DNA of 64,000 nucleotides from Octopus bimaculoides (lineage: Eukaryota), in assembly GCF_001194135.2 (NCBI RefSeq), contig NC_068989.1:85577268-85641267 (forward strand). The letters are read 5' to 3'. How positions within the stretch are numbered: the stretch's first letter is position 1; each line of letters begins with the position of its first letter. The notes below the pieces were generated by a model. It was given only the letters and a program-made list of their open reading frames with translations. It searched no databases and was not told where the DNA came from. Both the position numbers and the translations under genes were made by a program. Positions 37,201 through 46,850 of this stretch are shown here, in pieces.

Positions 37201-38145
37201 CCGCCAGTGCAAGTGACGGAGCTAGCTGCTTCATCTTCATCATCTTCAAGCTTCTTTGACTCTTCTGCTAGCTCAGAGCTAAATCCATCACTAACTTCAG
37301 AACAACGAGAGGTTTCACCGGTTATCGGTTTTGTCTCGTTATCTAACTTTGCAACATCACACATTGAAGATTGTGGAATGTCAGTTCGTCGTGGTTTCAG
37401 AATTCAACCATCCGTGCTATCTCATTCAACAGAATCATCATCAAAGTTGGCAAAATCTGTCACACAGAAGTCTAAGCCAAGTAAAAAACTCTGTGGTTTT
37501 GTTACTGATTGCCAGGACACTAAACAAACTATAAACAGTAGCTCGGTCCCTCTAGTAATACAGTGTGATTTACTGTCTGATTACAAAAGCTCTCAGTATA
37601 GTAGTTCATGTTCTTCAGATCCTCAGGTGTCTAATAGCACCAGCACCTCCAAAAGTGAAAGTGATACAACTGACTCCTTGGTTAAGCTAGCTGCGGACAA
37701 CACAGAAGATGCTGCATCAGATGAGACTGTAGCAACTTCAGACTGGAATGCTTTAAAGAACGACAGTTATGCTGATGTCAAAGACAGCGGCTTTCTCAGC
37801 ATTGAAGAAATAACGCCTAAAAAATCTCCCATGTTAACTGATTCTAAAAGCAGTGAATTTTCCAAAAAGTTTTCTGCCCTCGCCAAACCATGTTCAGTGG
37901 TACTGGAAAAAACAGATTTGCTTCTGACTGGTTTCTCACACAAGGCTCTTGACAAACAGAACATTTTTTCAGTTAAACGAGCTAACAGTACACTGAGCAA
38001 GACTCCAGAAGCAGTTTCAAAGCCAAGACTTCTAAAACGTCTATCAGACAGACACAAGACGTTTCGGTTAGACTACATACCCAGCGGTAACACGAATCGT
38101 AGGTTGACACCACGTATGTCTACCTACAAGACACGGTGTAAATGA
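19347..38145 (+). CDS. DBF4: DBF4/ASK/Chiffon-family CDC7 kinase regulatory subunit, 11 coding exons, about 1440 aa
   Basis: Motif N (PLDGKRIYLDL...KFGAIIEKFLSKEIHYFVTD), TRGKAML, NIVDKARKLGVKI, motif M (LKKPYIKFEAINKHYRP...WPHIN...CPFD) and motif C zinc finger (GFCECCDVRFDDVKKHLNSTEH). All GT-AG junctions are phase-consistent (4323 nt) if the 16-nt exon is used. Confidence 0.93.
22257..22396 (+). CDS. DBF4: DBF4 exon, start of motif N (BRCT-like)
   Basis: SGESCLNSRRKLDFKNKLPLDGKRIYLDLRGLKQRNVEESLSKFGA; tttcag acceptor (alternative at 22262) and GTAAGT donor. Confidence 0.92.
23009..23257 (-). mobile_element. tRNA-headed SINE (family F) with hammerhead-like tail, left member of inverted pair
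   Basis: Reverse complement of 23314..23542; head gcatatgacgtagtggttaagagc...gttcgatacc; degenerate hammerhead core. Confidence 0.85.
23314..23542 (+). mobile_element. tRNA-headed SINE (family F) with hammerhead-like tail, right member of inverted pair
   Basis: A box TGGTGTAGTGG, B box GTTCGATTCC, and tail CACCTGATGAAGGCTG...TAGCCGAAACG. Confidence 0.85.
24244..24417 (+). CDS. DBF4: DBF4 exon: IIEKFLSKEIHYFVTD...DKKALS
   Basis: Strong tttctttt-cag acceptor and GTATGT donor; 58 codons, phase 0/0. Confidence 0.92.
24992..25039 (+). CDS. DBF4: DBF4 exon: VTRGKAMLQCVKIDSV
   Basis: ttttaccag acceptor and GTAAGT donor; contains the conserved (S/T)RGK.(L/M) element. Confidence 0.9.
25625..25830. 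mobile_element. Old, degenerate relative of the piggyBac-like MITE at 3862
   Basis: Shared internal blocks (aaattaaaaacttccatc, ttattttactaaa, tcaacagaaat) and right end agcaaaaggtttaa. Confidence 0.55.
26624..26681 (+). CDS. DBF4: DBF4 exon: PENIVDKARKLGVKIVPYT
   Basis: Long pyrimidine tract plus tag acceptor and GTAAAG donor; matches the DBF4 N(I/V)L..A..WGVKI motif. Confidence 0.9.
27517..28082. mobile_element. MITE with ~38-bp terminal inverted repeats and an internal telomere-repeat hairpin
   Basis: Left ATCTATTTTAAAATGGGGGCCACATTTTTCATTAA versus right TTAATGAAAAATGTGGCCCCCATTTTAAAAAAGAT. Confidence 0.8.
28135..28220 (+). CDS. DBF4: DBF4 exon: (S)LMKWINKEKTLLENAKAACASSLKAKIV
   Basis: ttttttttccgtag acceptor (phase 1) and GTAAAT donor (phase 0). 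Confidence 0.85.
29108..29123 (+). CDS. DBF4: Candidate 16-nt DBF4 microexon: IKQTK
   Basis: tatag acceptor and GTAATT donor; the best phase 0-to-1 exon I found to bridge 28220 to 30876. Confidence 0.5.
30118..30350 (-). mobile_element. RTE LINE 3' UTR/tail (family E), minus copy
   Basis: ggaagggcatccagctgtagaaac...ggacgttaaacgatgatgat tail family; inverted relative to 30551..30780. Confidence 0.8.
30551..30780 (+). mobile_element. RTE LINE 3' UTR/tail (family E), plus copy
   Basis: Same family; ends in a (GAT)n tail about 95 nt upstream of the motif M exon. Confidence 0.8.
30876..31167 (+). CDS. DBF4: DBF4 exon with motif M and a poly-Asn tract
   Basis: KYLKKPYIKFEAINKHYRPVVMEFTSWPHINLSSAPSSCPFDEW; ttttcttcacag acceptor and GTAATT donor. 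Confidence 0.93.
31289..31511. mobile_element. Tigger/pogo-type MITE
   Basis: TA-flanked ends CAGTAATCCCTCGACTAT and ATATAGCAAGGGGTTACTC(TA), which are imperfect TIRs. Confidence 0.6.
32094..32232 (+). CDS. DBF4: DBF4 exon, first half of the motif C zinc finger (GFCECC)
   Basis: ttctttccttgtag acceptor (phase 2) and aag|GTAATT donor. Confidence 0.93.
32334..32579. mobile_element. hAT (Charlie-like) MITE
   Basis: CAGTGGTT...AACCACTG termini; degenerate 8-bp TSD cttcagtc / ttttagtc. Confidence 0.7.
32769..33150 (+). mobile_element. Near full-length family-B SINE with 3' module
   Basis: Best-preserved copy of the gagtggctgtgtggtaag... family. Confidence 0.85.
33308..33453 (+). CDS. DBF4: DBF4 exon, second half of the zinc finger (HLNSTEH...NYKQLDKLI)
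   Basis: cccaccaacag acceptor (phase 0) and ag|GTCTGT donor (phase 2). Confidence 0.9.
33686..33879. repeat. Near-perfect 194-bp palindrome (fold-back element)
   Basis: Arms of about 95 bp with roughly 4 mismatches around a CAGT loop at 33781-33784. Confidence 0.95.
34030..34560 (+). mobile_element. RTE LINE 3' UTR with internal tandem sub-repeats
   Basis: agacccggcaagccaagtgagaccataa matches the 3' UTR of the RTE fragment at 7836-8040 and continues into the family-E tail. Confidence 0.8.
34992..38145 (+). CDS. DBF4: DBF4 giant terminal coding exon (1051 aa, Ser/Pro/Thr-rich, probably disordered)
   Basis: Uninterrupted 3.15-kb ORF; ttttgtag acceptor is in phase 2, matching the upstream donor; TAA at 38143-38145. 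Confidence 0.9.
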
Positions 38146-39149
38146 CAGCAATGTTAATGATTGGATAGACTATGGTGTGATGGGTAAAGATGGAGTGTGA
38201 TTAACCTATGTGGCATTATGGGTAAACTGCAGGGCGTGTGTGGCAGTGTGGATAGGTGACGTAATTGTGTGGTGGTATGGTTAGATTGTGGGCAACTATA
38301 TGAGGGTAGATAGAACTGGCAGGTAGCAGTGGAACATGTTAGTCTGATTAGATATCTGGATATGCTGATTTCCCTACTACCCATCAATAACCCTGTCTGT
38401 TGATAAGCACTTTGATGGTTTGTGGTTGGTCTGGGAGGATAGATATTGACATAACTGAGTAGATTGATTGTACTTATTAATGTAACAGTGTCTGTGTATA
38501 CAGTATTGTGGTCGATCCAGTTGTATATAGACAGGTATATTGGTAGTGATTGACCTGTACATGTAGACAGACACAAATGGAGTGAAAAAGAGAAAGAGAC
38601 TGTTCCTAACATGTTTATCAGGATCACCCCTCCCCATTTATTGCTGCTGGTTTTCACAAATATAATCACAAGGATATCTCCATTGTAATTGTTCTTGTTG
38701 TTTGGCAGTGTCCTGGGTGGCTGTTAATATCTCCATAATGAAATATGCTGATTAACATTTCTTAAACATTTACTTGATTCCTCATCAACTAGCTCGTGTT
38801 AGGTATTTAAATATTTCCACTAAATAACTTAATACTAATTAGCAGTATTCAATTCAATTTTTTTATTTTTTTTTTTTTTATTGTAGTGTTGTCAAGGTTA
38901 CAAATGTCAGCCCATCACTGCATTAAACGACCTCTGGGTTCCAGATGTAATTTTTTTGGGGGGTGGGGGGGTAGTATGGAGGGCATTCTTTCTTTGAATG
39001 AGAATCTATGAATAAGCCTGCAAAATGGGTTGAAATTGGGTTGTGGTACTTGCTCCCCACTGAAGTTTCCATGGCAAATAATTAGCCAATTATAGAGGTT
39101 TTTACCACTCCTAAGGAAATATAATTCTGAAACTGAAGTAATGTGTCAA

Positions 39150-39560
39150 TGTTAGCCTTGCATTGGAATCAAATTTGCCACCACTGTGTTAGGAAATTCA
39201 ATACTGTTACTGAAATAATGGATTGATTGTTGTTAGCCTTGTACTGAAAGAATTGCTGAAGGAGGATTCGTTATTGACAAATGAAATAAAGGGTTGTTGT
39301 TAGCCCTGAGTTAAAAGAAAACATCACCAATGATGGGAAAGTCATGCACTTATTGATATTTATGTGTCAATGTAAGTCCTCTGCTGGAAGAAAACATCAA
39401 CCCTGGCGGGGGAAATTCATCCTTTTGCTGAAATTACGGGTGGTTGTTAAGCCCTGTGCTGGAAGGAAACCACGAACACTGCTTAAGGAGCACATTTCAC
39501 AGAAACATTAATACATAAATGTTTTGCCTTGTACTGTAAAAATAATTATCACTGAAATTG
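39150..39560. repeat. Degenerate ~74-bp tandem array, about 6 units
   Basis: Core TGTTAGCCYTGTRCTGRAA recurs at ~39150, 39231, 39298, 39371, 39445 and 39520. Confidence 0.7.
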
Positions 39561-40452
39561 TTTCTCTCAGTGAAATAATAACGACAATATTGCATAAATG
39601 ATAATTTTAATTTAAAAAGAATCTTTCAAGAAATAATAAAAGGAAATATTGTCCTACTAACATTGAGAGTACCTTTTGTTGGTGAGATGAAAAATGGGTT
39701 TTTATGTTGCATAACTTTAACAAATTGACATATCGTAATGTTTATGTAATATATTGTGTATATATGTGAAAGTGTGTGTGCAGAAATGTATTTAGACACT
39801 TAGGCATCATTTGTGTATGAAGTGAAACTAGAGTTCGTCTCATTATAAATGAGATTATGCTAATTTTTGCATGTGTGTGTGTGAAATTAAATTTTATCTT
39901 TTTTCTGTTTCCTATTTCTTTGTTTCTTTTTTTCTCCCCTCTCTCCATGTATTGATTTTTAAATCAGTTTAGAGTTTTCACCATTACTCTTGACAAAAAC
40001 TGTTATTTGTATATCTGTTATTTAACGCTGATCCATAATCACTGTATGCTCAATTGGGAGCATCCTTTGAACTTTGGGCCTCATGGAGGCAGTGACAAGT
40101 GACCAAGACCTTTGGCATTATACCGTGTTTGAGCAGACTTGTCAAACCAAGTGAGATCACAGTTGTGGCTGCTAGTGACATGTAAAAGGCACCCACTACA
40201 CTCTTGGAGTGAGTGGTGCTAGGAAGGACATCCAGCTGTAGAAACCATGCCGATTCAGACTGGAACCTAGGGCAGCTTACCAGTTTTCAGTCAAACCGTC
40301 CAACCCATGCCAGCATGAAAAATGGACGTTAAATGATGTTATGCTTATCGTGAATTGATCTGTAACAACACAGGTCAGCAGTTTACAACAAAAAGAAAAG
40401 AACTCCAGCAACCACCCAGAATACAATGACTATAACTTGTGTTGTTGTAAAC

Positions 40453-40705
40453 TAGTGGTTCCCAAATTGTTTCAGGATGCTGCCCCCCCTCGTACCTGGG
40501 CCACATTCCAAGTGCCCTCCCCTCCCCCTCATTCAGCACCACAAACGCAGACCACTTTCTGAAGCAAATTCAAAACAAACTATTTATTTCACAAATAAAA
40601 CTTAACCTAATTAAACCATTAGTTTGTTATTCTTACATTCATTGTCCCTTTTGGCCACCCCATTATTGCTCCAGTGGGGCAGTACCACCCACTTTGGGAA
40701 CCATA
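40453..40705. mobile_element. hAT-type MITE
   Basis: TAGTGGTTCCCAAA ... TTTGGGAACCA inverted termini. Confidence 0.65.
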
Positions 40706-43700
40706 AGCAGAAGTAGGGTATTACAATCACTCATCTTTGTATTTGCAAAACTACTGGAAAATGGCTGAACGGATTTTCACTACATTCATTGGGTGAGTGG
40801 CTCAAAATGATGAACATTTGGTTTGATTATCTTTTTAAAAAAAATTTGATTAAACTTAGAAGTTTCCCAATAAGCAAGTGGTCATATGTTGTTCAATTTC
40901 TTTTTCTTATGAATCGACTTTCGTCTGTGTGTGTATAGATCATGGTGTACCTCTGTGCATAGACACGTGTGTATACGTATGTAGATATGCAACTGTGTGG
41001 ACAGTGATGGATTCAAGGTTTTTGTTTATTAATGATTTGATTTCTTAATTTCACCAGAGTATAAATATCTATAATGGTAATACTTTAGAAAAAAATGGAT
41101 TCAGTTCAATTAAAAAGCTTGGGTAGGCCATGCATTGTAAGCCACATTATAATTTGCAAAAAAATTTATCTGCATGCAGGTACCTTTCTTTCCCATTTTG
41201 TTTGTAAAGTTCTAATTTCCATTGGGAATACCATGGGTGCTCCATTTTCCCATTTCTCCCTCCATCCTTATTAATACGAGGCCTTTTGTCTCTAAGGAAC
41301 CATTGTTATGTATGGAAATAGATTTTTTTTTTTTTTTTAAAAAGGGGTTAAGCATCAAACCAAGTTATCTTGTGGTATTTAGTTACATCCCTTCATAGTC
41401 TGCACTCAAATTTCACTGATGTCAGTTAAGTACTGGAGCTGGTTAAATTACCACTAAGTATGCTAATGATTCTGCTAGCTTGCCATCTTAATGATAATAA
41501 TTGTTTCAAATTTTGGCAAATAATCAGCAATTTTAGAGGAGTGTGTAAGTTAATTAAACCAATCCCAGTGCTTAACTAGTATTTATTGACTCTGATACAA
41601 TTGTACATAGACGGATGGCAGTTATATTGACCTCTGCCTTACCATATTTAGTTGCATTCTATTTCCATTCTGAGTTCAAATCTTTGTACTTTTAATCCTT
41701 CTAGAGACAGTCTGAAGTACAATTTTTCTCTGTACACCAACCTGTTTACGCAAAATCAGTCATCTCGTACCACTAATATCACAAATTAATTGCTTATTTA
41801 TCTTATAGCTCAATTTGTCAGCAATAGCATTGTTGGGTTCAGATTTCAATGGACCAACTTCAGGTTTATTGTATGATGGTGCGAGTGTCAATAGCTGCAG
41901 AACAAATATCTCAAGGCAGACGAAATACCGCTAAGCATTTCACCCGGCGTGCTAATGTTTCTGCCAGCTCGCCTTTCTGAAAAGTTTGTCAACCAAAATT
42001 TCATTCACAAGGCATTTGTCAATGAGGAAATGATAGAAGTAGGTTTCTTAAAGTGTCTCAGTAGGATTGAACCCAGAACCTTTGGATGTGAAGTGAACTT
42101 CTTAACCACACAGCCTGTCATGTCATTGAAAAGTTCTGTGACCAGTAAATTTTTATGCAAACATTGAGAGCAGCGAATGTTACTGGATGTTTTAGTGCTG
42201 AAGTTGTTTTGATTTTCAAGTAAGATCTCTGTGTTGTTGTTTTGGCTCCAAGTCAGCCCTGATCCAGCTGACCTACAATCAAAAGCACTCCAACCATGAC
42301 TATCCTGTCTTAATTTAAGATGGTCGGATGTGGTTTGAAGGATATTTAGTTGACATTTTTAGCAGGAGATAAATTATTACATAGAAACTCTCTCGTTGGT
42401 TCAACATGCTGTGTTAAGTAGTCAGCATGAATAGATTTACTCTACACTTCTGATTAGCATAAAGTATCAGACACACCCCAGGGTAGCTTTCTCCTCTATG
42501 ACTTTTCTATTGCTACTGCAATGACCACTCTTCCTTAGAACTAGCTCAGCTCCAAGGACATTGCTCTCCTATTTGTCTCTCCTCCCCTCATCATCCTTGT
42601 TTCCAGTCCCACAAGTCCTGCACTAATCATTACACCAAGTCCTTCCTTCCCAGAATTTCACCTCTCTGGAATTCCCATACTGCTTAGGCGTGGCTGTTGT
42701 GGTAGGAAGTTTGCTTCCCAACCACATGGTTCCAGGTTCAGTCTCTAGGCATGACACCTTGAGCAAGTGTCTTCCACTGTAGCCTTGGGTTGACTAAAGC
42801 CTTGTGTGTGGATTTGGTAGATGGAAACTGAAAGAAACCCATTGTGTGTGTGTGTCTGTGTTCTACCTCACTGTTTGACAACTGGTATTTGCATATTTAT
42901 GTCCCTGTAACTTAGCGGTTCAACAAAACAGATCAATAGAAAAAGTATCAGATCTACTTTTAAAAAAAAGTACTAGGGTCGATTCATTTGACTAAAATAT
43001 TTTCAAGGCAGTGCTCCAGCATGGCTGCAGTATAAGACTGAAACAAGTTGCTGAGACCCCCCCCTTCAGTCATGACTGACCCTGGGATTGCACCTAGAAA
43101 GTTCCCCTCCCAGGCACAAGTCCGGGCAAGGTTGTTTATGGAAGACCAGCAGTCGCCCATGCATACCAGCCTCTCCTCTCCACACCACCGATGTTATGCA
43201 AGGGAAAGGCAAAGGGGCCGATACAGCTTGGCCCCAGTGACGGTCACAACTCATTTCTACAGCTGAGTGAACTGGAGCAACATGAAAAAAAGTGTCTTGC
43301 TCCAAGAACACAACATGCAGCCTGGTCCAGGATTCGAACTCACAACCTCATGATTGTAAGCTCGATGCTCTAACTACTGAGCCATGCACCTTCACTGAAA
43401 CAAGTAAAATGTAAAAAAATATCTTTTCTGCAAGTATTGATTTAATAAGGTTTAAGGGAAACATCAATCTTATAATTCTAAGAAGGCGTGCAGAGGCCCT
43501 GGACAATGTACTCTTAGATATACATGTGCATACAGACATGGTAGTCATGGTTGGAACATCTTTAAATATCCCTTCTCGAGTCATACAAACTCATAAGGGC
43601 CAGTTTCCTGGTTTCCAATGAGTGTACATTCCCCACCTGGACGGGACACCACTCCATCACAGGATTACTCCTTTTTGCCAGGTGAGTGAACTGGAGCAAC

Positions 43701-44004
43701 GTGAAATGAAGTGTTTTGCTCAAGAACACAATGCATCGCCCAATCCAGGAATTGAAACCACAATCTTAATGATCATGAGTCCAGCACTCTAACCACTAAG
43801 CCATGCACTTCCACAGAACATCTTTAAATATAAATAATATCTTGTGCTGATTTAATTATACCCCACCATCACCACTGGAGTGAGATGATTAGGTGCAGCT
43901 GTTTGGACACTGATGATGTGATATGGCCAACTGAACATACAGTCTCTTTTGATGACAGTACATTGTTAGTTGCCAAGACATTGCATCCTTTAAAAACCTC
44001 TATC

Positions 44005-44335
44005 ATCATCATCATCATCGTTTAACGTCTGCTTTCTATGCTAGCATGGGTTGGACGATTTGACTGAGGACTGGTGAATCGGATGGCTGCATCAGGCTCC
44101 AATCTGATCTGGCAGAGTTTCTACAGCTGGATGCCCTTCCTAACGCCAACCACTCTGAGAGTGTAGTGGGTGCTTTTACGTGCCACCAGCACGAGGGCTA
44201 GTCTGGCGGTATTGGCAACAGCCACGCTCAAAATGATGTTTTTTATGTGCCACCTGCAGAGGAGCCAGTCCAGCGGCACTGGCAACGACCTCACTCGAAT
44301 GGCACTAGCAACGACCTCGCTCGAATGTCCATACT
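44005..44335 (-). mobile_element. RTE tail (family E) copy
   Basis: Nearly co-linear with 30118..30420; other copies at ~10740, 20500, 21560, 40120 and 52860-53240. Confidence 0.8.
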
Positions 44336-46226
44336 TCCTGAAATTGTCCAACACTACACCTGATACCCCACCTCCATACACATGCACACATGTATATCAT
44401 GACTCATACAGTATTCACTTTCCTGACATTTGTACATAATTCTGTGTACTGTACACGCACCTTTGATGAGTTGTAGTGCACCTAACTACAATGCACAATA
44501 ATTTCATTATTATTATTATTATTTACATTTTGACAATGGAAGCAAACACACACACAGAAATATATATACACAGAGAGTAAAAGAAAAAGAGAGACAGAGA
44601 CATAACACAGCAGTTCAGCAAAAGAGATCAACAGAATAAACATTAGACTTTAAAAAAAAAAAAAAAAGGAAGTACTAGGATTGATTTGACTAAAACCCTT
44701 CAAATAGTAATCTAACCTCTCTCAGCTTGCCTTTTGCTCTCTTAAAAAGGAAGGATGTGTTGAACAATATAGTCATAAATAGATACAAAGTTGTCATGAC
44801 TAGAAAAGGACATCCTTGTTCATACATAGGTCCGATCTTTTTGGAATGAACTTGGGGTTAAATAAAAAAAGGCATACACACACAACTTGCAGGCCTTCAT
44901 CCACCAAATCCACCCACAAGGCCCTGTTCAGCCCAGGGCCAAAGCAGAAGATGGGGCCAGGATGGGACCAAACCCTACACCTATGTATAGGTGCTGGCAT
45001 GGCAGTGTGGTTCAGAAACTTGCTCAGCAACTAAATGGTTTTGGGTTCAGTCTCACTTGTGACACCCTGGGCAAGTGTTCTCCACTACATCCTCTAGGGC
45101 AACCAATGCACTGCAAGAAAGCAGAAAGAAATTGAATGGTAAATGGAAACTCTTCCATTTGTGTGTGTGTGCGTGTGTTGTAAATATGTTCTCATTAAAA
45201 CTTCCTTCTAGAAGGTAACCTTATATGAAAAAAACCTGAAGTGCAGTTGATTTTTGGTTGCTCCAACCTCTGTTGAGCTACTGCTGTTATTGTTTATTGT
45301 AATTAAAAGTGGGTTCAATCCTGTGCAACAATACCCACTCAAAACAAATTCTCTTGCAGGAACGTCTTGGATACTCGGAACGTTTGCACGGATTTAATGA
45401 GTTTGGAAAGTGGTCTTAATCATGTTGACTTCGACCATGCAAGTATGTATGTATATATAGGTTGGAAAGAAAGTCGTGGCATTTCAAGATGGGGAGATAC
45501 AAATGTTTCCCTATCAGTTTACGTCAAAATGTTGGAAGAAAACGTGTTGTCTTGGTTAAATGAAACAGGTATGAAAAGGCATCTGGCTGTAGAAAATCTT
45601 TCTCAACAAATTCTGTCTGACCCAGACAAGCATGAAAAAGTAGAGGTTAGCACGCTGATGGGAACAGCGTACAGACTAGTGTCTGAAATGTTACTGTGGG
45701 GCTACAAACCTTCCAATATCCTTCCTCTCCCCCTCTGAAATATTTGATTTTTATGAGCTTTTTAACCCCTCTCCTAAATCTGTATTAATGAGTCACCATA
45801 ATGTTGGGCAAGTTTAGAAAAAGTTCTTAATTATATTAAACACGACCATTTGTCTGCACTCATTAACCCACCTTCCTCACCTCATACGTCAAATGTTACT
45901 GGAGTCTGTACATTATATAGAATGGTCGGTGCTGTATAGGGTAGCTGAGTGTATACAACAGAAGAAAATATTTGTTCTTTATGGAGAGAAGACAGCAACA
46001 AAGCATACACCGCAATATATGGAACCAACGAGGGAGTTCTACATGAAGCCGGTCGAAACAGCAGTCAAAATTCTAGCCTCTTCTATAAAGAAGTACTATT
46101 CAGTGCGGTGCATGATGAGATAATCACGGCTTCGATCATTGGTTTGCTCGCTAAAGTCTAACTCGGGGCTAAACAACAATAGTAGATTCTAGAAAGAAAT
46201 AAAATAAAATAGTGCTTTGGCCGCCG

Positions 46227-46434
46227 CCAATATTTGGAAGTCGGCATGAAGCTATGTCTCCAAATGAGACAACCCACATGGTGACGTCATACAAGACTGA
46301 CCAATAACAATGAACGTCACTCTGCAACAGACGTAACTAATTCATAACAAACTGCCAGACTAAACGAAAGCTACGAGAAATCATGTTAATTAGATTATGA
46401 ATAAGCAAGGCGGAGTAAGTGGTTCTTATAAATA
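46227..46434 (+). promoter_or_regulatory. Histone H2B promoter
   Basis: CCAAT 46227-46231 and 46301-46305, CRE/ATF site TGACGTCA 46282-46289, and TATAAATA 46427-46434, 47 nt before the ATG. Confidence 0.7.
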
Positions 46435-46481
46435 TTAGAAGAACTGTGACCCCCTCCATAACATCTCACCGATTAAACAAT

Positions 46482-46850
46482 ATGCCGTCTGAAATCAGCT
46501 CTAAAGGTGCCAAGAAGGCCACCAAGGCCAAATCCTCACGTTCCGGCGACAAGAAGACAAAAAGAAAGCGAAAAGAAAGTTATTCCATCTACATTTATAA
46601 AGTAATGAAGCAGGTGCACCCGGACACGGGTATCTCCAGTAAGGCGATGTCCATCATGAACAGCTTCGTCAACGATTTGTTCGAGAGGATCGCAGCCGAA
46701 TCCAGCCGCTTGGCTCACTACAACAAACGTTCGACCATTAGTAGCCGTGAGGTGCAGACTGCTGTCCGTCTTCTTCTTCCAGGTGAACTGGCTAAACATG
46801 CTGTATCGGAAGGTACCAAGGCTGTTACCAAATATACCAGTAGCAAGTAA
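46482..46850 (+). CDS. H2B: Histone H2B, intronless, 122 aa
   Basis: [12 protein letters not shown]...[93 protein letters not shown]. Confidence 0.98.
   Translation: MPSEISSKGAKKATKAKSSRSGDKKTKRKRKESYSIYIYKVMKQVHPDTGISSKAMSIMNSFVNDLFERIAAESSRLAHYNKRSTISSREVQTAVRLLLPGELAKHAVSEGTKAVTKYTSSK

Noticed and set aside
38154-38669. 171-aa antisense ORF just after the DBF4 stop
   Set aside because: No recognisable domain or splice support; it arises from a low-complexity G/T-skewed 3' region.
45367-46161. Short ORFs upstream of H2B as a possible divergent H2A or other gene
   Set aside because: No histone or other recognisable motif on either strand; part overlaps decayed repeat sequence.
46419-46481. 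N-terminally extended H2B (MVLINIRR...)
   Set aside because: The GTG start lies upstream of and runs through the TATA box; the true ATG is 46482.
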